Shown here: positions 41,460 to 53,858 of the stretch, piece by piece
How the letters are laid out: each line of letters begins with the position of its first letter
Numbering within the stretch: position 1 is the stretch's first letter
NCBI GenBank assembly: GCA_964016885.1
Contig: OZ024749.1
Span: 24,180,001 to 24,244,000 of the forward strand
DNA from: Eledone cirrhosa
Taxonomy: Eukaryota
Reading direction: 5' to 3'
Length of the DNA: 64,000 bases
The notes under the pieces: model-generated
Database searches by the model: none
What the model was told of the DNA's origin: nothing
What the model saw: the letters and a program-made list of their open reading frames with translations, nothing else
Made by a program: the position numbers and the translations under genes

Positions 41460-42172
41460 CTTATTTATTTATTTATTTATTTAAATTTAATTTTAATTTT
41501 AATTTTAATTTTATTTATTTATTTAATTTTATTTATTTATTTATTCATTTATTTTATTTAATTACATTTAATTATATCTTATATTATATTATTTTAATTT
41601 AGTCTATTTTATTTTATTTTAGTTTACCTTATTTTATCTTATTTTATCTTATTTTATGACTATATTATATTATGTTCTATTTTATATAATTTTAATTTTA
41701 ATTTTATATTATTTTATCTCATTCCTTACCCTGTATCACTATTATCTGTATATTTTATATTTTATATGTAAGTTTGTTATGTATTTCTTTATATTTTCTT
41801 ATATATATTATAAGTCTGTTTTTCACCTATTTTTTACCTACTCTTACCTAATCCTATCTATCTTATCTACTCTTGTCTGTTCTCTTATCCATGTGTATGC
41901 TTGTATGTAACTATATGTTGACAGCACCCCGCCCAACTGTGACTGATAGCACCCCTTATTTTTCATTGTTTATTTTATTATCTTATTTTTATTTTTATTT
42001 TTATTTTTATTTTTATTTTTATTTTTATTTTTATTTTTATTTTTATTTTTATTTTTATTCCTATTCTTATTTTTACTTTTACTTCCTTAATATCCTTTAT
42101 CGTCTATTATTATTTTTCATTCTTCAATGTCTTGGATTTGTTATTGCTTGTATGGTATGTAATTAACCTTTA

Positions 42173-42218
42173 TGCTCTGATGAGTCCCACTTATAGTGCG
42201 GATGAAACAATGTTAGCA
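42173..42218 (+). ncRNA. Type I hammerhead (family M)
   Basis: TGCT-CTGATGA-GTCCCAC ttata GTGCGGAT-GAA-ACA a TGT-T-AGCA. Confidence 0.82.
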
Positions 42219-42754
42219 AGTAAAGATATGCATATGCTATAGGCGTTCTTTGTTATTTATTATATCACGGCTCTGTCCTCAGACATTGAGCTAACCTTAT
42301 ACTGCCTGCTGGATAAGTGGAGTGTTATACACCCCTGATCCTCTCCCTAGTATACTATATATATATATATATATACTTATATATATGCATATATATACAT
42401 ATATACATATATATATATACATATATATATATGTATACATATATACATATATATATACATATATACTTATATATATACATATATATACATATATACATAT
42501 ATATATACATATATATATATACTTATATATATACATATATACATGTATATATACATATATATACATATACTTATATATATACATATATACATATATATAT
42601 ACATATATATATATATACTTATATATATACATATATACATATATATATACATATATATATACTTATATATATACATATATACATACATATATATATATAT
42701 ACTTATATATATACATATATACATACATATATATATATATACTTATATATCTTC

Positions 42755-43161
42755 ATAAACCCCACTATTAGGCTAGAAATTTCTTTAGTCTAAAATACGG
42801 TGAAAGCTTATAATTTCTAATTTCAAACGCGCGCACCGTTTCAAAAACATTCTTACATGTTTACGTTTATGATTTGCTTGTTTATCATTCACTTGCTAAG
42901 TTCATAGCTTCTAATTCGAATGGAAGGAGATGGGGTGGGTATTGGTGTAATGGTAGCACAGTGGTCTGGATAACCAAAGATGTGGGTTCGACTCCCATGT
43001 ACGGCAACACTCATCTTTTTCCATTTCTCCGAGGATTATAAACCCCACTATCAGGATAGAAATTTCTTTAGTCTAAAATACCGTGAAAGCTTATAATTTC
43101 TAATTTCAAACTCGCGCACCGTTTCAAAAACATACTTACATGTTCACGTTTATAATTTGCT

Positions 43162-43164
<3 letters not shown>
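42755..43164 (+). mobile_element. Partial tandem repeat (283-bp period) enclosing a tRNA-like sequence at 42936-43006
   Basis: 42755-42884 is repeated at 43038-43164. A box TGGTGTAATGGTAGCAC, T arm GTGGG-TTCGACT-CCCAT, mismatched acceptor stem. Confidence 0.8.
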
Positions 43165-43192
<28 letters not shown>

Positions 43193-43217
43193 ACTTAAAT
43201 ATATACATATATATACT

Positions 43218-43251
<34 letters not shown>

Positions 43252-43350
43252 TATATATATACATATATACATATATATATATACTTATATATATACTTAT
43301 ATATATAGAGATATACATATATATATATACTTATATATATACTTATATAT

Positions 43351-43381
<31 letters not shown>

Positions 43382-43516
43382 TACTTATACATATATATAT
43401 ATACTTATATATATACATATATATATATATACTTATATATATACATATATACATATATATATATTCTTATATATATACATATATATATACATATACATAT
43501 ATATACATATATATAG

Positions 43517-43580
<64 letters not shown>

Positions 43581-43733
43581 CCAAACAGTTAATTATATCA
43601 TAATTTAATTTACATATATTTCATCTTAATAGGACTCGTCGGATTTAAATATAAGATATAGATTTCTCAAGAGATCCATCTCATTCAACTTCCAGTTTTT
43701 ATATATGAAAACGAATTTCTCTCTCTCTCTCTG

Positions 43734-43857
<124 letters not shown>

Positions 43858-44511
43858 TTGAGACGTCAAGTATAGAAATTTCTAGAAATTTCTAGAAAGA
43901 AATACATTTCTACAAACTTCATACTTGACGACCCACTATATATATGTATATATATATATATATAAGGAAGAAGTAGTGGTAAGATACCACGTGGACCATG
44001 AATACTGCTGGCTTCGTTCGGATCTAGCTGTCGAAACTCCGCGAACTCAGCCGTCGGGGTCTTGTTTCTTACTTTCATTCACCCCCTCTGCTAGTCACCC
44101 TCTCTCGCCTACACTCTTCCTCACACATTCATTCATTCACTCTTTGCTACTCACCCTCTCTCTCACTTTATCCATCGTCCCACACCGTTTGAAATTCTTT
44201 CCTCGCTCACATCCGTACGGCTAAGATGTGTCTTTTGCCTTCTCGTCAATATTCACAAGTTCTTATGTACAAATGAATCATTGACTTGATTTTCTCATTT
44301 TTTCCTCTCTTTACGTTGTCTAACCATTCGTGTTTGTTTACCTCTCTCTCTTTCTCTACCCAATTCCTTTTATCCCAATAACTTATTTAAGTCATTGTTC
44401 ACGCTAGCTTGAGGTATCTGGACTTTAATGCGAAGAAATACTTATGATGGCTAGTAGACCACTGATGGTGGATAGTCCTGGCTTCTATTTCTAATACTTC
44501 ATTTTAATTTG

Positions 44512-44624
<113 letters not shown>

Positions 44625-44629
44625 ATTTA

Positions 44630-44990
44630 TTTACTTAGGTTTGTTGGTTCACCACTGGATAGAATTGGTCATTCCGTATGGACAACCTCGATGTAATATT
44701 ATGGAGAGAACTCAACGTAATGCAACTCACCCGTCTTCGCTTGTGTAATTGGAGGTGCGAGAACAGAGTTAATTATTATAAAATAACAGGGGGCTGGACT
44801 GGTGTAATTCCTTAAAAGGTTTATTATACTATGATCATTTCAATGACCGGGTTCAGTAGGAATCCGGTGACATCATCAGGTATTCGAAATATAACAAAGG
44901 AATATAATAGACAAAATCCATGGGGCTGAAAATCAGAGACACGAGGGCGACCGAACAGTTAGCAGCTTCCACTCCGGTCGGCCGCCCTCA
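44630..44990 (-). mobile_element. Diverged family N pLTR with HHR at 44826-44883
   Basis: Homologous to 53853-54180. Confidence 0.8.
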
Positions 44991-45496
44991 AGTTATATAT
45001 ATATATGTATATATATACACATTTTACATGCACACTGACCCACCCCCCCATCACACACACACACAGACATATATATACATATTTATATTGTTGTTTTTGT
45101 GTTTGCTATTGTATGTTTGTAAAGAATGGAGAGATTTAGTTGCTATATCTAGCAGGTCGAAAGTCCACGTGGATATGACCATTAATTCCAATTGATGGTT
45201 GTATATACTGATCATAGAGTGTCGAATGTTGCAGATATTCAACACCCAAGAAATGAATCTATATTAACTCCAAATATGGTTTGGCTTGTAAACACGGTTT
45301 GGTAAACTACTTACATATTTTAATTAACAAGTAGTGTATAGCTTAATTAGAATGATGTAATTATAATTTACGAGTTAATTTCAAACTTAGTCACACTTGT
45401 GGATAAAAGCGACGAAACTAATTTTGAATATTGATATAATTTTCTTGCTGAAATATTTCACATGCTCTAACTCTCAACCCGATCTGGGTTACATGC

Positions 45497-45594
<98 letters not shown>

Positions 45595-45597
45595 TTA

Positions 45598-46045
45598 ATG
45601 TAATAATTATATATGCATGTATATATGTATATGTATATATGTATGACTGTGTATATATATATATGTATATATACTATAATAATTATATATGCATGTATAT
45701 ATGTATATGTATATATGTATGACTGTGTATATATATATATATGTATATATACTATAATAATTATATATGCATGTATATATGTATATGTATGACTATATAT
45801 ATATATATATATACACTATAATAATTATATATGCATGTATATATGTGTATATGTATGACTGTGTATGTATATATATATATATATATATACTATAATAATT
45901 ATATATGCATATATATATATATGTATGACTATATATATATACAAACACTATAATAACTATGTATGCATGTATATATGTGTATATGTATGACTGTATATAT
46001 ATATATATATATATTATAATCATTATATATGCATGTGTGTGTATA
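45598..46045. repeat. ~60-75-bp minisatellite (TAATAATTATATATGCATG..TATGACT)
   Basis: About six degenerate units. Confidence 0.8.
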
Positions 46046-46454
46046 TACATATATAAATATACATATATATATATATATATATGAAGAGAGAGAAAGAGAG
46101 AGATTGCTAGATAGATACATGAAAATTTGTGTTTATGTGTGTATAATCACCTACCATTCACTGGCTTTGCCATTTTAACACTCTTCTATATACTGACAAG
46201 CCTTCCCAGAAGATGTCTCACTACAGCCAAGGTGATGCCAAACGCAATAGCCTCGGCCTTACTTGACGCTTATATAGTTTAACAACATATAAGTTTTGAA
46301 GATTAACGTCACCATGGCGTCATTTACCGCCAACAAATAGCAGCTACAATTCTCGGACATATATATCATATCTTTCAAATTAAATAGGCCTTATTATACA
46401 TTGTGTTTTCAAATAATAGATTGCCTTAGACACCGGATCACCGATTTTGCGGGA

Positions 46455-46605
46455 GGGGAAAGTCAATTATATCAACCTCAGTGCGTTCTTGGTACTTTAT
46501 TTTTTCGATCCCGTGAAGATCCCGTTAAGATTAAAGGCAGAGCTAACATCGGGAGAATTTGAAATCAGAGCGTAAATGGCTGTACTTTAAACCCGCAAAG
46601 CATAC
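46455..46605 (-). mobile_element. Degenerate tRNA-derived SINE resembling octopus OR/Nin-type SINEs
   Basis: TGGTACTTTATTTTTTCGATCCCG..AAAGGCAGAG..GAATTTGAAATCAGAGCGTAAA. Recognised from memory, not by search. Confidence 0.6.
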
Positions 46606-46957
46606 ACTTTGCTCGGCTTGTGCTACGTAGGGGAACTATGTTCAAATCCCATGTTCATTCGAAACCGAAAGAAGTCTTTATCATTTGTATATATATATAT
46701 ATATCATATATAATATCATATCACATCTTCACGAACCAAAGTATCGTTTCAGAAGATCACGTTAAGGGTGAAAGCAGTGATTCTCCGCTTAAAATTTGAT
46801 CTGTTATTTTAATAAATATTTTCTCTAGGGTTCTTATATATTTGATATATATTTATCCTGATCGAGCCCTCTAGGGATTTTACTCCTCGCCTTTATTATT
46901 CTTACTATATATATAGAACAAGGAATGTTTCAATCGAAAGAAATCATCATTTAATGA

Positions 46958-46996
<39 letters not shown>

Positions 46997-46997
<1 letters not shown>

Positions 46998-47330
46998 AGT
47001 ATTTGTTGGTTGTTTACCGACACCTCAGTATGCAGAATGGACAACTCGACGAGATACGCAGGTTGATTTGTTTACTCTGGAGTAATGTAAAATAAATCGA
47101 ACATGTAAAATTTGGCTTCGTTTATTATACATTATAATCTGCTATATATATTTCTGTGATAGCTATTATTGTTTGTGACCTCTTCAGTCAGTCCGAATTG
47201 GTGTGGAAAAGAGAGGTACACATGTTGTTGAAGTGTGTTCCACTCTGTCAATGCATCGATATGTCCAGCTCCTGGGTGTGTTTTTAGTCGTCCGAGGAAC
47301 TGGAATCATATGACTTTTCGTCTTCTTGAT
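46997..47330 (-). mobile_element. Family I pLTR-like copy
   Basis: Reverse-complement homolog of 26560-26895. Confidence 0.7.
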
Positions 47331-47385
47331 ATACATATATATATATATGTATATCTATATATCTATATATACATATATATATATT

Positions 47386-47530
<145 letters not shown>

Positions 47531-47555
47531 CTATATATATATATATATATATATG

Positions 47556-47608
<53 letters not shown>

Positions 47609-47616
47609 GTATATAT

Positions 47617-48410
47617 ACTCTTTTGCTCTTTTACCTGTTTCAGCCATCCGGCTGAGGCCATGCTGGGGCACCGCCCTTGTTGCGACACATTTTATCTCCA
47701 GCCGGTATAGTTTGGCCACTGGTGTAAGAGAGATTTTGTTGCTGTTGCCCTTAGGTTTCCCCCGTGTCTTGCTGTGGACTCATTCGGGATCCTGGACAAG
47801 GCGTCGAGATGTTTCTTGAAGACATCCACCTCCACGTCATGCTAATCGCTCAGATCCCTCGGCAGCCTGTTGAAGAGTTGAGGGCCCTTGAATCCCAGGC
47901 TATTGCAATACCTGCGCCTTATTCTAGATGTGGAAGACGGGATCTTTGGCACCACACAGTGCCGTCCTGTTCGACGGTTGGTCCAGCTCCCAATGCCAAA
48001 GTTTGGTGCTAGTCCCTCCAGGATTTTCCACATGTTGATCACTGCGTATCTCTCCCGTCTTCGCTCCAAGGAGTAGAGGTTCAGTTCCTTTAGCCTCTCC
48101 CAGTAGCTTGTCTCCCTCATCTTGGCAATCCTCTTAGTGTAGCTTCGCTGGATTGCCTCAAGCTCCGTGGTTAGTTTGACACTAGGTGGTGACCACAAAT
48201 GGGAGCAGTAGTCCAGGCGGCTTAGGACAAATGTCCTCCATAGTGTCAACATGGTGTCTCGATCTCTTATCCGGAAAGTCCTCAAGATCCAGCCAGCGAG
48301 TCGTCTGCACATTGTCGCCACTTTCATGATGCGTGAAGAAAAAGATGCATCATCGCTCATGTCTATGCCCAGGTCTCGTATCGATTTTGACACGGGGATA
48401 TCTAATGCAC
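47617..48410 (-). pseudogene. 5'-truncated CR1-type LINE (RT C-terminus and 3' tail)
   Basis: RDLGI..GWILRTF..SRLDYCS.LWSP..LE.IQR..LYSLERRRERY..GPQLFN.LP. 3' tail CCAGCATGGCC..CTGAAACAGGTAAAAGAG. Confidence 0.9.
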
Positions 48411-48424
48411 TCAAGTGTTTTTAT

Positions 48425-48539
<115 letters not shown>

Positions 48540-48556
48540 GTATATATATATATACG

Positions 48557-48641
<85 letters not shown>

Positions 48642-48644
48642 GTA

Positions 48645-49610
48645 GGTATTGAAGTTTCCGTTGAAAATAGAAAAAGTCATAGGAGTGAAGAGTGCTCTAT
48701 GTAAGTACCAGAGCAAAATTTAATGTATAAAAGACAATACAATATAATTACCTCATTACCAGAGGTTTCCCGAATAAGACGAATACGAAAGAAACGTCTT
48801 CATTCGTTAGTCGGACGAGGCAATATAAAACATAGAGAAATATTTGGAAAGTCTCTTCAAGAAATGCAAACAAAAAATTATATATATATAGATAAAGGTA
48901 ATACAATAGACATATAAAATAAAAAAATAAAATATAAAATATATTAAAAAAATTTTTAAGAAATATAGTTAGGTGAGTATATATATGTATGTATATATAC
49001 TCACAGATATACATATGGAAGTATGTACAAATGTGTGTGTATAGTGAAAATGTGTGCGTAAATATATGTATGAGGGTAAGTATATCTGTGTATATGTAAC
49101 CATAGACACAGACATGATACGATTGTCTGGTTGACAGGTATACAGAAAATCAGGGTATTAGATACATTATAAGAATATGAAGGGACGCGTATAATCACAC
49201 ACACACGCGCGTACACTTATATGCGGAAGAAAAAGAGGTAAGGGGGTGTAATAGTAAAAAGAAAGTATCATTCTCGATATAGATATAAAAATGGAACAAT
49301 AAATTAGAAAGAAAAAATTGCAAAGTAAAGAAAAGAAAACAAACATGGTACACGCGTACATACACACATATATCTATAAGTAACATATATCTATAAAAAA
49401 AATATATATACATGCAATACGTGCAGACAAAAGCGTATGCAAGCGTACATACATACACAGGATGCACATATATATATACATACACATCGCCCCATGTATA
49501 TCTAATCACGCGTACCTACGCGACTGTATACACACACACACATACACACACATAAGTATATATATATATATATACATATGCACACATACACATCCATACA
49601 TGCAGTACGT

Positions 49611-49657
<47 letters not shown>

Positions 49658-49765
49658 TACACTCACGCACGTTGACCCGCTAACATGCACACACATAAAA
49701 ATAATAAAATAAAAAAAGAACATAGATGTAAAAACAGATATAAAAACACACATACATACACAAAC
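48645..49765 (-). mobile_element. Family O PLE-like 3' region with an HHR-like motif at 48747-48824
   Basis: Inverted homolog at 53360-53820. 10-bp stem I ATTGCCTCGT/ATGAGGTAAT and GAA-ACC tct GGT-A. Confidence 0.75.
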
Positions 49766-52244
49766 CTGCTTGTTTTGTGGGACTTCAATGCACATGTGAG
49801 TAAGGAGGGCAGTGAAGATCCTTGCTGGTACTTCCATAACAACACCAACCGAAATGGAAGACTACTGAGAGACACCCTGCTGGAGGCGAACTTGATGGCG
49901 GCCAACCTGGGGTTTGGGAGGAGTCTGGGGAGGACGTGGACCTGCATCTCGGATGTGCACCTGTCCGGGTCCCAGATTGATTTCATTCTGGTGAGAAAAG
50001 GGTGGCGGAATGGTGTTCTGAACGCAGAACCATGCAGCTATTTCGATGCACTGGGTAGTGACCACCGGCTTGTTGTGAGTGGGGTCCTGGTGGGCTTGAC
50101 GGAGACCAAGGCTCGGTCCCGGAGAGCACTCTATGACTGGGGAGATTTCAAGGAAGATGATAAGCTACAGGAGAGGTTCACAGTGGAAGTGAGAAACAGG
50201 TTTAGTGCTCTTTGTGGAGTGTCAGAGGAGAGAGAGATTGGATGGACTGAAGAGAGTGTGACGAGGAGGTACGGGCACTTCTCCAATGCAGTGGCGGAAG
50301 CAAGTGAAACCCTGGGGCCGAGGAAAAAGAACAAAGGGAAGCACGTCAGCTCTGCAAACCCAAATGTGTGTGCAGCCAGAGAACACCTGAAAGCTGCCAA
50401 GGACCAATTCTATGCTGATCCTACGGAGGAGAGGATGGAGACTGTGGAGGTGATGAGGGAAGGACTCTGTACCGCTTACACTGAGGTCAGAGAGGAGGCA
50501 CTGATAGAGAAGATCAGAAGTGTGGACAGAGCGGTTGACAGATCTGGATGTAAGAAGAGCTGGATGATCATCAACGAGATCACAGGGAGGAAGAGAAGGT
50601 GTTCGAGTCAGATCCAGGGAACGGGGCCGGAGAATAGGAAGAGGAAATGGCTAGACCATTTTAGGACCCTACTTGGAGAGCCACCCTCCACAGCCCTGAG
50701 CACTGGGGAGATCAGGCGGCTGTTTGAGGAACTGGATGTTGAGACAGAGCACTTCACCAGAGAGGAGCTTCAGAGAGCCAAGAAGAGGATCAAGGAGGGC
50801 AAGGCTCATGGAGAAGATGGATTGGCATCAGAGGTGATGAAGAGGTGTGATTTTGATGATATCATCCTGGGGTTCTGTAACGGGGCACTGGAGAGAGGAG
50901 TTACCCCGAATCAGTGGATGTCAGTAACATCGTCCCAGTGCCAAAGAAGGGAGATCTCTCTAACACCAACAACTACCGGGGGATCTCACTGACGTCACTT
51001 GTGACAAAGACCCTCAACAGGATGATTCTTAACAGGATCCAGCCTGAGATGGAGAAGAAGCTCAGGGACGAACAGAACGGCTTCAGAGGGGGTAGATCAA
51101 CCACCAATCACATCCTGATGCTGAGGAGGATATTAGAGGGAACTAGAGCAAAGTGCCTTCCTGCGGTTATGGTTTTCATTGACTTTAGGAAGGCCTTTGA
51201 TTCTGTGGACCGTTACTGCCTGATGAAGATCTTACAGTCTTATCGAATCCCTAAGAAGATAGTGGACCTGATATCACTGCTCTACACCAACACCAAAGCC
51301 CAAGTCATTACACCTGATGGGATGACAGAGTTCCTTGAGATACTGGCTGGAGTGCTCCAGGGAGATACATTGGCTCCCTAACTTTTTATCATCGTAGTGG
51401 ACTATTGTATGCGCCTTGCACTGGAGAAACACCAGGACTCTGGCTTTACTGTGGCACCGGCTCAGAGCAGGAGAGTTAGGGCGAAAAAGGTATCGGATGC
51501 TGAATTTACCTACGACATAGTTTTGGTGACAAATACAGTGAAGGAGGCAGAGGATTTGATGTGGGAGGTTGAGACAGTGTCGATGAGTGTGGGGCTGAGA
51601 ATGAATGAGGCTAAAACAAAACATCTGGTAGAGAATGTTGAGAAGCCAGAGGGGATCACTAATGTAAGCGGGAAGCTGCTAGGATTGGTTGAGGTCTTCC
51701 TGTATTTGGGAGCAATGATTGGGAATACAGAAGATGATGTGGTTGAGAGGAAGAGCAAGGCCTGGGAGGCGTGCCGCAGCTTGAGATCGGTGTGGAAGTC
51801 GGACCTTCGTAGAGACCTGAAAATCCGCCTGGAGTCTGTGCTGCTGTATGGGACTGAGACTTGGACACTGACCAAGAAACTCACTCAGATGGTGGATGGG
51901 TGCTACACGAGAATGCTGAGGATGGCTCTGAACATTAATCAGTATACACTTGGGATGAAAATCTCAGAGCTGTATGGGAGCATCCCAAAAGTCAGCTCAA
52001 AGTCAGCACAGAGGAGACTGAGGTTAGCTGGACATGCTCACCGACATCCAGAGTTGACATTGCAGTCAGTGCTCCTTTGGGAGCCCCTACATGGACACAC
52101 TAGAAGAGGAAGACCAAGGTTAACGTATGTTGATGCCCTAAGGACAGACAATGGTCTATTGGAGACGCAGGACATGGCAGCAATAATGAGGGACAGAGAC
52201 CGCTGGATCTCGGGAATTTTACCCGCCTTAGAATAGAATAGATA
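49765..52244 (+). pseudogene. RTE-clade LINE, 5'-truncated (APE C-terminus + RT), with frameshift and stop
   Basis: DFNAH, SQIDFILV, SDHRLV, NYRGISL, FIDFRKAFDSV, GVLQGDTLAP, a degenerate FADD (FTYD), LLYGTETW, GRP, and a (TAGAA)n tail. Confidence 0.93.
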
Positions 52245-52278
52245 TATATAAATATGTATATATATATGTATATATATG

Positions 52279-52369
<91 letters not shown>

Positions 52370-52486
52370 GTATGTATATATATATATATATGTATGTATA
52401 TATATATATATGTATATATATGTATATATATGTATATATATGTATATATATATATAAATATGTATATATATCTATATATCTATATA

Positions 52487-52557
<71 letters not shown>

Positions 52558-52559
<2 letters not shown>

Positions 52560-52744
52560 TGAACTCCAACCAGCATGGATTCCGTAATGGAAGGGATTGC
52601 CTGACGCAGCTAATGCATCACTTTGATGACATTTTGAGAGCCTTGGGAGAGGGTTCCAACACTGATATTATCTACATTGATTTCAGCAATAGGGTTGATC
52701 ACAATATTATACTGAGAAAGCTGTCCAATATTGGTGTCACTGGA
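52558..52744 (+). pseudogene. CR1-type LINE RT internal fragment
   Basis: [33 protein letters not shown]. Confidence 0.88.
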
Positions 52745-53345
52745 CACAACTTCGCTAAATGTTCTTAATCCCATTCTAAATCAAGAAACTATTATTCCTA
52801 TCGCAAATAACTTCTCCAATCCAATTCCTTCTATAGATAGCACTAGGTCACTCGTTAATAATCTGTCTAATCGCAATTGCAATTGCCCTGCTAAAAATAA
52901 ATGTCCTCTCAACAACCATTGTCTTGATAAAAACTTAATTTACGAACGTAAAGTTATAACTGACACCAATTCCTTCACCTATTTTGGCCCCACTTCCACC
53001 TCCTTTAAAGCTCGTCTTTATAATCATCATTCGTCTTTTAAATATGAACTTAAAAGAACCAACACGTCTCTCTCAGAACTCATATGGTCCTTGAAAGACA
53101 AAAATATTAAATATAACATCTCTTGGAAAAAGGTTTCCTCTGCTTCTACATACTTGAACAGTTCTCTATCCAAGACTTGCAATCTCTGTCTAAATGAAAA
53201 TATATATTTATATATGGTTTTATAAATATAGTTTTCCATTTATTTAATATTGTAAATATACTCCAAATATTTGTCGAGTGCTTTTATATCAGTTATAAAT
53301 ATTTACTAGTTGTAACCCAACAATTTTAAATATAACTTTACATGT
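52745..53345 (+). pseudogene. Naiad-type GIY-YIG fragment joined to a family B tail (53205-53345)
   Basis: CNCPAKNKCPLNNHC..LIY..YFG..FKARLYNH..TSLS..CNLCLNE. The tail is almost identical to 7430-7562. Confidence 0.88.
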
Positions 53346-53359
53346 ATTTATATATATAT

Positions 53360-53815
53360 ATACTTCTTTAAAAATATACCCATCATGTCTGTCTGTAGTT
53401 ACAGATACACAGTTACACTTGCCCTAACACATATATTTACGCACAATTTTTCACTATACGCACACATTTATACATACACACATATGTACATCTGTAAGCG
53501 TATATACATACATATACACACACCTAACTATATTTCTTGGAGGATTTTTATATATTTCATATGTCTATTGTAATATTATATACATATTCTTTTTTTCTAG
53601 CTTTTCTGAATGAGACTTTCCAAGTATTTAGTCATGTTTTATATTGCCTCGTCTGACGCACAAATGAAGACGTTTCTTTCGTATTCGCCTCATTCAGGAA
53701 ACCTCTGGTAATGAGGTAATTATATTGTATTGATTTTTATATATTAAATTTTTCTCTGGTACTTACATAGAGCACTCTTCAATTCTATGACTTTTTCTGT
53801 TCTCAACGGAAATCT

Positions 53816-53820
<5 letters not shown>
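53360..53820 (+). mobile_element. Family O 3' end with a degenerate HHR at 53643-53720
   Basis: ATTGCCTCGT-CTGACGC-..-GAAACCTCTGGTA-ATGAGGTAAT. Confidence 0.75.

Positions 53821-53852
<32 letters not shown>

Positions 53853-53858
<6 letters not shown>

Larger units (their letters stand above)
38985..42353. mobile_element. Composite two-arm PLE insertion: family L end (-), ~100-bp fold-back at 39374, then Naiad GIY-YIG with a ~2.4-kb 3' region ending in an HHR (+)
   Basis: Hairpin centre AAGTGTA-aagaa-TACACTT, HHRs near both outer ends, and TA flanks. Confidence 0.7.

Noticed and set aside
42936-43006. Functional tRNA gene
   Set aside because: The acceptor stem has three mismatches and the anticodon loop is atypical. 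Treated as a repeat-borne tRNA-like cassette.
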